This document shows positions 1-6,242 of a stretch of DNA of 34,651 nucleotides, in pieces. The stretch spans positions 1 through 34,651 of the IMG/VR virus record IMGVR_UViG_3300025114_000020. The stretch is one strand, 5' to 3'. The stretch comes from a virus (taxonomy: Duplodnaviria > Caudoviricetes). The notes below the pieces were generated by a model. It did not search any database and was not told the DNA's origin. It saw only the letters and a list, made by a program, of their open reading frames with translations. Within the stretch, counting starts at the first letter, position 1; each line of letters starts with the position of its first letter. The position numbers and the translations under genes were made by a program.

Positions 1-684
1 ACCATACCTACTACTAAATTTCAGTATAATATCTTTAAAATTGCTGATTTAAGTTTTAGTCCATTAAATCCTAGTGTAAGAACAGAGCTGAGACGTGTTA
101 AATCTTTAGCTACAAATATTGCTAAAAATGGTCAAAATGAGCCTATTACAATTATGGAAATGGTATCTAATGGAAATCGTCTTTTGCGTGTCGTTAATGG
201 CCATAGACGATGTGTAGCATTAAAAGAACTTGGACATGAAGACGTCCATGGTATTTTGCTCACTAATAAGAAAATAAACCATGACAAAGCTTTCACCTCA
301 TTACATGAAGATACTATGAAAATTAATGCTGTTCAAGAATGTGAGAGATGGTTAAAGGGTGCTAAGAATATTTCTACTAGAGTAACTAGGAGAATATATG
401 AATTAGAGAACCTTTTAGGTAAAGCTATAGCAAAGAATACTATTAAAAGATGTGTCAGTCAAGATATGAGTCCTTTTACCATTTTACAAGGTATTAAGAG
501 ATTTAATACATATACTGGTAATCAGGCAAGGCAAAGGAACTCTGCTGTAGCATATTATTTACTTAATGTTTGCACAGAATGGAGAATGAGAATGGCTATA
601 GAATCATTCATTCCTGTAGATGTATTAATAGAACATATTCTAACTAGAGAACCCATTGCACAAAGCTGGGCATCTCAAAATTAA
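1..684 (+). CDS. ParB/Srx N-terminal-domain protein, 5'-truncated by the window edge
   Basis: Frame 1 is open from base 1: ...IADLSFSPLNPSVR...KSLATNIAKNGQNEPITIM...VVNGHRRCVALKELG. This matches the ParB-N pattern (P.NPR...L..SI...G...PI...GHRR..A...LG), so the track start at 154 is internal. Confidence 0.8.
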   Translation, partial: TIPTTKFQYNIFKIADLSFSPLNPSVRTELRRVKSLATNIAKNGQNEPITIMEMVSNGNRLLRVVNGHRRCVALKELGHEDVHGILLTNKKINHDKAFTSLHEDTMKINAVQECERWLKGAKNISTRVTRRIYELENLLGKAIAKNTIKRCVSQDMSPFTILQGIKRFNTYTGNQARQRNSAVAYYLLNVCTEWRMRMAIESFIPVDVLIEHILTREPIAQSWASQN

Positions 685-693
685 TAAAGGATA

Positions 694-834
694 ATGATGA
701 AAAAAATAATATCATTCTATTTAAATAAACTAATGGAATCTATTGTTCGCTCTTTATGGGCTGGCATATGGACCGCCATTGGTTTTATAATGATAATGAA
801 GGTGACGAAACTCTTCATTATAGTAACCGGTTAA
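694..834 (+). CDS. Small hydrophobic (putative membrane) protein, 45-46 aa, not in the ORF track
   Basis: AAAGGA at 686-691, ATG at 694/697. Translation MMKKIISFYLNKLMESIVRSLWAGIWTAIGFIMIMKVTKLFIIVTG, TAA at 832-834. It fills the gap between the ParB-like gene and the Ubl. Confidence 0.6.
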   Translation: MMKKIISFYLNKLMESIVRSLWAGIWTAIGFIMIMKVTKLFIIVTG

Positions 835-845
835 TCATAAATAAT

Positions 846-852
846 AAGGAGG
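846..852 (+). promoter_or_regulatory. Strong Shine-Dalgarno site of the Ubl gene
   Basis: AAGGAGG lies 7 nt before ATG 860. Confidence 0.8.
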
Positions 853-859
853 CATATAT

Positions 860-1123
860 ATGTCTGAAGTAACTCGCGAGGTACCTACCCAAACTGTAAC
901 TGTTAAAACTATTCGTTTCATGAATGGTGGTCAACTACCTCAACCAACTGAAACTACTGCAGTAACAGTAGCTGATTTAAGAAAATCCGCTGAAGAAGGT
1001 GGTATGGGACTTACAGGTTCTATTATTGTAAATGATGTTGTAGCATCAGCTGATAATACAACACCAATTAACGACGGTGACAGAGTTTCCCATGTTGCTG
1101 GCGGTAAAAAGGGTGGCATATAA
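860..1123 (+). CDS. Ubiquitin-like (beta-grasp, ThiS/MoaD/SAMP-like) protein with C-terminal GG plus one residue
   Basis: 87 aa with TVADL...IIVND...INDGDRVSHVAGGKKGGI. It shows the ThiS/MoaD-type I/LxDGDxV signature and a diglycine end, has a perfect RBS, and lies upstream of E2-, JAB- and E1-like genes. Confidence 0.85.
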   Translation: MSEVTREVPTQTVTVKTIRFMNGGQLPQPTETTAVTVADLRKSAEEGGMGLTGSIIVNDVVASADNTTPINDGDRVSHVAGGKKGGI

Positions 1124-1244
1124 GCCAACCTTTTAGGCACACCATGCTCATCTAGCGAGCGAGGTATAAGCCCTAATGGGAACAATGGTAAGAATAGACT
1201 CCTAGAATCATTACTCAAGCACGCCAACGTTACTAAAGACTAAC

Positions 1245-1398
1245 AATATTTATGATTTATAATGAATTATAATTGATGAGCTCCTAAAGAAACAAGAGCC
1301 CGCAAGTAGTCCCTGTTTCGAAATGTTTATTCATAATCAATCAGAGGGGGAATCCCGACCCAGCGGCCGCAGGCCGAGAGGTTCCATTCCCCCTTTGA
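1245..1398 (+). ncRNA. Candidate structured RNA / mRNA processing element between the Ubl and E2-like genes
   Basis: Hairpin 1250-1258/1264-1272. TGATGAG (1274-1280) ... CGAAA (1319-1323) flank two interleaved pairings. A 13-bp stem 1341-1353/1386-1398 encloses CGGCC-GCA-GGCCG. Confidence 0.4.
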
Positions 1399-1418
1399 AC
1401 ATTATAAAGGGTAATTAA

Positions 1419-3326
1419 ATGCAAGAATCATTAAAATTAATACAAATACCTAAGGTAGATACGTCAAGGTTATCTAGAGTAGGTGAATTTCGTAGAATAG
1501 TTGAAAGAATTGAGCGAAAACATAATTTAAACCTTGAATTTAACAATAATGCGCGTTGGAGACCTGGTTCTTATGAACGATTAAAAGAACAAGTGACTCA
1601 TTCATTATTTCCTCATTGGTCTAAACCTAAAGGAGCTAATACTATCAGAAGATTAACTAAACATCATTCTTACCAATGTACTCAATTGGCAAGTGATTTA
1701 ATTATGATTGATGATGAATTAAAAGGTTTTAGAAATGCTAAACAATCTTTAGATAGTGAAAAAGCTACTCTTGAAGGCCAAATGTTATTAACAGAATATA
1801 TGAATGAGGTAACAAGGCCTATTCCAAATACAAGTGTAGAAATAACTTCTTTACCATATTTTGCAAAAAAAAGACGTAGTAATGAGTGTCATCATGTAGA
1901 TGGTGGTCTATTTGAATATACATGGGATAATCCATTACATCCAGAATATGATAGAGTTGGTGAATTGGTTAAATATAATATAAGTCGTAGCAAATTAGAA
2001 GAATTATATAAAATATATAATCTTAATACTAATCCTCAACGATGGTATATTAACATTATCATACCTTTAGAAGATGTTGATATAGATTATTATATAAAAA
2101 CAGAAGATTCTGGCATAGTATGTACTAATCCATATGGAGGTTTAGTTGTTTGCTTTACTATTCCATTATATGATGCAATATTAGGCTATCGTCAGATTAA
2201 AATGTCTAATCCTAAAATAGAAAATCAACATACAGTATATCGACGATTGAATTTGAAATATTTATGTAATCATACATTTAAATTTCCTTATATGTCAAGT
2301 ATAAAACATCCATTTATTCAAAGTGGTGGTAGATATTCTTATGATTTAGGAAATACTTGTTTTGGAGATTTTAAAGAAGACATTGTAATGGCTCTCTTTT
2401 GCGGGATGATAGGCCCATTAAAAGCAATTTTAACTAAATGGGCATCAACATATTATCTGGGCAATACTTCTCCTTTAAATCAAACTGAATATCATCATAT
2501 AGGCATGCCTAAAGAATGGAAAGGAACTGCTATTCCTGACTATATGGGAACAAATATTTCTATATGTAGAGATACAGTAAGAAATGGAGTAAGCCAAGAA
2601 CAAATGCTTGCCAGATTTTGTTCTAAATGTGCTTTATCGGAGAAAAATGATACTCGTGATGTATGTGAATATTATCTTAGGCTAAGTAAAGAACCAATTG
2701 CAGTGCCACCTCAATATCTTGCTGCACTTGATGCTGTGATAGAACAGCAAGGTTTGCCAGGATTGGCTTATGTATCTAAAACTCAACAGTTTAAAGCTAT
2801 TATTCAAACTAAAGCTATAGCAATGTGGAATATTGTAACAAGTGGAATAGATAGTAGTACGCGAGATTTTACATCATTATGGAAAACTCCAGATATGGGA
2901 GCTGGAAATTGTGATTGGGCTATATTTGAAGATACTTGTACGAACTTTAGTCGAAATGTTTTAGAATATACTGACCATCATAATTCTGAAGGTTTAGCCA
3001 GAGATGCTTATCTGATTTATAGATATTGCGAAAGAATATATTGGCTAGATAGCCTGGGAAGTTATGATGGAGAAATGCGAGATAATATAGAAGATGAATA
3101 TTATGATACCATTAACAAAGCAGAAGAGCTAAGACCTGTTCTTGATTATCGTTCAATGGTTAATACTCATAGATTATCAACTAATCAAACATTATATCCA
3201 GAGTATCTTGATATATTATTAACTAATTCTCAAGATGTTGAATTAGATGACACTCTTAACGCATGGTTACATGCAAATGACGAAGAAGCCGAAAGGGGAC
3301 CAACAAATGAGCGCAACCCGTTCTGA
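1419..3326 (+). CDS. Large protein with a prokaryotic E2/UBC-like conjugating domain
   Basis: KHPFIQSGGRYSYDLGNTCFG (H297-P298...C314) resembles the UBC HPN(I/V)...G.(I/V)C motif and is followed by a helical segment and a Cys cluster. It sits between the Ubl and JAB genes. Confidence 0.65.
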   Translation: MQESLKLIQIPKVDTSRLSRVGEFRRIVERIERKHNLNLEFNNNARWRPGSYERLKEQVTHSLFPHWSKPKGANTIRRLTKHHSYQCTQLASDLIMIDDELKGFRNAKQSLDSEKATLEGQMLLTEYMNEVTRPIPNTSVEITSLPYFAKKRRSNECHHVDGGLFEYTWDNPLHPEYDRVGELVKYNISRSKLEELYKIYNLNTNPQRWYINIIIPLEDVDIDYYIKTEDSGIVCTNPYGGLVVCFTIPLYDAILGYRQIKMSNPKIENQHTVYRRLNLKYLCNHTFKFPYMSSIKHPFIQSGGRYSYDLGNTCFGDFKEDIVMALFCGMIGPLKAILTKWASTYYLGNTSPLNQTEYHHIGMPKEWKGTAIPDYMGTNISICRDTVRNGVSQEQMLARFCSKCALSEKNDTRDVCEYYLRLSKEPIAVPPQYLAALDAVIEQQGLPGLAYVSKTQQFKAIIQTKAIAMWNIVTSGIDSSTRDFTSLWKTPDMGAGNCDWAIFEDTCTNFSRNVLEYTDHHNSEGLARDAYLIYRYCERIYWLDSLGSYDGEMRDNIEDEYYDTINKAEELRPVLDYRSMVNTHRLSTNQTLYPEYLDILLTNSQDVELDDTLNAWLHANDEEAERGPTNERNPF

Positions 3327-4266
3327 TGAAAAGAAAAATGCCAAGTTCTATATTTCTAAGGATGATTGGAATAAGGTAATAGCATACGCTGAATCATCAT
3401 ATCATCAAATGAAAGCTGAAATAGGTGGACAAATGGTGGTAATTGAAGATGATGAGGGAGACTTTATCATAAAAGACCCTGTAATCCTTAAACAGGAAGT
3501 ATCAGGTGGAGATTGTACTATGGAAGCTGAAGCATTAGCTCTCCATTATTCTAAAATGGTAGGCAAACATGGCGATAATGTAAGACATTGTTGGTGGCAT
3601 AGTCATCATACAATGGGTGCATTTTGGTCAGGAACTGATAATGCTACTATTTTAGCAAATAAATCCCACGATTTCACAGTATCTCTAGTAGTTAATCTTA
3701 AACAAGAATATAAATTAAGAGTTCAATTCTTCTATCCTTTTGAACATGAAGAAAATGTTACGCTTAATTTCCTTGAAGATATAGACGAAGTACGAGATAA
3801 TAAGCTTGATGCTGAAGTAAAAGAACTGTGTTCCAAATCTGTAGCAGCTGTAACAAAGTATGACCCTAAAACTAAAACATATGTTAATGGTAATCAAACT
3901 GGCCTTTGGACTAAACAAGACCAAAATGAAGTTGATGATTATAACATGTATGGTTATGGTATTAATGCTTATGGTGATGGCTATGGATATCAACGAAATG
4001 ATACAGTTGATATGGATAAAATACCAGCTGATAAAGTTAAACCTGTTAATGATTTGATAGAAGAAATGCAGGATAAAATATTGGAAGACGATGTTTCTTA
4101 TGAGCAATATCTTGAAATGAGAAAAACAATTAATAAGAGTATCAAAGGATACAATCTTAAAGTAAAGCTCATGAGCAAGAATGAATTGGAAGCATTAGTT
4201 TATCATTATTGGCCTGAAGATTTTCTTGAAAATATAGAAGGGAGGGATACAGTTGTTTATAAATGA
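3307..4266 (+). CDS. JAB/MPN+ (JAMM) metallo-isopeptidase
   Basis: Upstream Glu (AEIGG) and an exact HxHx7Sx2D motif, HSHHTMGAFWSGTD (3598-3639). The start was moved from 3247 to ATG 3307, which has AAAGGGGA upstream. Confidence 0.9.
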   Translation: MSATRSDEKKNAKFYISKDDWNKVIAYAESSYHQMKAEIGGQMVVIEDDEGDFIIKDPVILKQEVSGGDCTMEAEALALHYSKMVGKHGDNVRHCWWHSHHTMGAFWSGTDNATILANKSHDFTVSLVVNLKQEYKLRVQFFYPFEHEENVTLNFLEDIDEVRDNKLDAEVKELCSKSVAAVTKYDPKTKTYVNGNQTGLWTKQDQNEVDDYNMYGYGINAYGDGYGYQRNDTVDMDKIPADKVKPVNDLIEEMQDKILEDDVSYEQYLEMRKTINKSIKGYNLKVKLMSKNELEALVYHYWPEDFLENIEGRDTVVYK

Positions 4267-4912
4267 AAGAAGTAGAGGTCTTATTGAAGACTTCGATAAT
4301 AAAATCTTTCACATACTTGGATGCGGGGCTATCGGTAGTTCCGCATCTACCCAGCTTTGTCGTATGGGTGCAGATAAGTTCATCTTATATGACCTTGACA
4401 AAGTAGAAATACAAAATATTGGTGTTTCTCATTATGTATGGAAAGATATAGGCAAAAATAAGGTAGAAGCCTTAAAAAGACACCTTAAAATGATTAATCC
4501 AGATGTCGATATTACTGTAGAACCAGGGCGGTTCTCGGCATTCGTCAAGCCTCTCAGCGATGACGATATCGTAATTCTGGGTTTTGACAGTATGGACAGT
4601 CGCCTTGAAGCCGCGACTGCAGCGCTGACCGAGCGTAACAGACCATTTGCTCTTATTGATGGGCGAATGGGGGCGGAGGAGTACCAACAGTATGTGTTAA
4701 CGAATCCAACTCTTGTGAAATATAAAGATACTTGGTATTCAGATGCAGATGCTAGTGAAGACCCCTGTAACGCCAAGGCGACATCCTACTGTTCTAATAT
4801 GGCAGGAGCATTCATTGCAAATGCTGTAAAAAGACTGTTGACCGAAGAAGAATGTCCTAGAGAATTTCTGTTTACATTTAAAGGATTATCTCTTGGTTAT
4901 ACAGTCAATTGA
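4253..4912 (+). CDS. ThiF/MoeB/E1-like adenylating (Ubl-activating) enzyme
   Basis: ILGCGAIGS (GxGxxG), YDLDKVEIQNI, GKNKV, GFDS, IDGRMG and a candidate catalytic Cys in DPCNAK. TTG start with a GGAGGG RBS; overlaps the JAB stop. Confidence 0.92.
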   Translation: MFINERSRGLIEDFDNKIFHILGCGAIGSSASTQLCRMGADKFILYDLDKVEIQNIGVSHYVWKDIGKNKVEALKRHLKMINPDVDITVEPGRFSAFVKPLSDDDIVILGFDSMDSRLEAATAALTERNRPFALIDGRMGAEEYQQYVLTNPTLVKYKDTWYSDADASEDPCNAKATSYCSNMAGAFIANAVKRLLTEEECPREFLFTFKGLSLGYTVN

Positions 4913-4956
4913 ATGTATATTATAACTACTGATTAATGACAAAATAGGAGAAAGTT

Positions 4957-5625
4957 ATGGCACTCAAAAAAGCCAAGCGCAAACCTGTTTCTGTTAATCC
5001 TAAAATCCTATTGCTATATGGGGCTCCAAAAGTTGGAAAAACTACTATGCTAAGTAAGTTAAACAACTGTTTGGTAATTGATACCGAATCCGGGTCCCAT
5101 ATGCTTGAGGGATATTTTCAAGGCGTTAACAGTAAAGAGGAACTCCTGGAGTTTTATAAAGAAGCAGCAGATGGACATGATTACAAATTCTTTGCATTGG
5201 ATACAGTCGACAAACTAGTCGAATGGACCACAAAAGATGTGATTAAGGAAATGGGTGTAGATGATATAGCCGATTTACCTTATGGCAAAGGTTTTGGCAT
5301 GGTTCGTGAACGTGTGTTGAATAATATAAAGAAACTTCAGAGTCTATGTCCAAAGACTATTATAGTTGGACACCGAAAGACAGCGACCGCTGTTGATAAT
5401 TCTACTGCCGTAGAACCTGAATCACTTGATTTATCTGGCAAGCTTAAAAACCAGTTAATGGCTCAATCTGATGCTATTGGCTATATGTTTAGAGGTGATG
5501 AAGATGAATTGATGGTTTCATTTCAAGCAGGCATAGCATTAGAAGCTGGTAGCCGTTGTGAACACCTGAAGGGAAAGGTATTCCCTTTTGATTGGAAGAA
5601 AATCTATAAAAAGGAGAGTGAATAA
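4957..5625 (+). CDS. Phage P-loop ATPase, Sak4/AAA_24-like single-strand annealing protein
   Basis: LLYGAPKVGKTT (Walker A), LVIDTESG, FALDTVD (Walker B), IIVGH. Size (222 aa) and position before SSB-like and primase genes are typical; AGGAGA RBS. Confidence 0.8.
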   Translation: MALKKAKRKPVSVNPKILLLYGAPKVGKTTMLSKLNNCLVIDTESGSHMLEGYFQGVNSKEELLEFYKEAADGHDYKFFALDTVDKLVEWTTKDVIKEMGVDDIADLPYGKGFGMVRERVLNNIKKLQSLCPKTIIVGHRKTATAVDNSTAVEPESLDLSGKLKNQLMAQSDAIGYMFRGDEDELMVSFQAGIALEAGSRCEHLKGKVFPFDWKKIYKKESE

Positions 5626-6242
5626 TGGCATTATTTAAGCCTAAAGGAATGAGTAGTAATAGTGGTCATAATAAGTATATGGGCGTATGTGAAATGGGTA
5701 TAGTCTCATTTTCAGACAGGTCAGATGAATTTGATTGGGCTGATATATTTATTTGTGCTGAAGTTGCTATTAAAGAAAGTGAGTATAATCGTGAAATTAA
5801 AATACGCGGTTCATTTGATAGGGATGCTAAAGGAAATATAGAGGGTGGTTCAGTGTTGAATCGTATGTATAAATTCTTTGGTGATATTGGTTGTAGTGCA
5901 GGTATTAATATTAAAGGTGGTTGGGAAACAGAAGATGGAACAGCTATTAAAGATATTGCTAAATACTTGACTGATAATCATTTAAGTAGCGTAATACCAG
6001 GAACCAATCCTTCTTATGACTCTGTAGGCTACGTCTATAAAGAGGCTAATAAGAAAACTGGCAAAGCATATAATACTGTTCATTATCGTTTATTCCCTAA
6101 TACAAGCACTGGTAAAGTAGATTTAGCCAGCCATGTAAAATGGATGAAAACCAATGGATATTTGAAGGAAGCTACTAATGTTCCTACTAAACCAAATGGA
6201 GTAACAGCTACACTGCCTACTACAGTTGAAGATGCCCTGTGA
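5625..6242 (+). CDS. Putative single-stranded DNA-binding protein (Sak4 partner)
   Basis: Coupled to the Sak4-like gene, with an AAGGAG RBS, a beta-rich core and a flexible tail ending VEDAL. The call rests mainly on gene context. Confidence 0.45.
   Translation: MALFKPKGMSSNSGHNKYMGVCEMGIVSFSDRSDEFDWADIFICAEVAIKESEYNREIKIRGSFDRDAKGNIEGGSVLNRMYKFFGDIGCSAGINIKGGWETEDGTAIKDIAKYLTDNHLSSVIPGTNPSYDSVGYVYKEANKKTGKAYNTVHYRLFPNTSTGKVDLASHVKWMKTNGYLKEATNVPTKPNGVTATLPTTVEDAL

Noticed and set aside
940-1227. Antisense 95-aa ORF over the Ubl
   Set aside because: It is a shadow of the well-supported Ubl gene, with no recognisable motif.
3247-3306. ORF-track start of the JAB gene
   Set aside because: It gives a long overlap with the E2-like gene and has no RBS; ATG 3307 has AAAGGGGA upstream.
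3715-4776. Antisense or alternate-frame ORFs (3715-4107, 3860-4057, 4432-4776, 4472-4687)
   Set aside because: They lie within the motif-bearing JAB and E1 genes, and their composition is typical of shadow frames.
860-4912. ThiS/ThiF thiamine or MoaD/MoeB molybdopterin biosynthesis operon
   Set aside because: No thiG, moaE, cysteine synthase or rhodanese gene is nearby, an E2-like gene is present, and the context is a phage early region.
4893-4926. Possible sigma70 promoter TTGGTT-17-TATATT before the Sak4-like gene
   Set aside because: The match is weak and expected by chance in AT-rich DNA.
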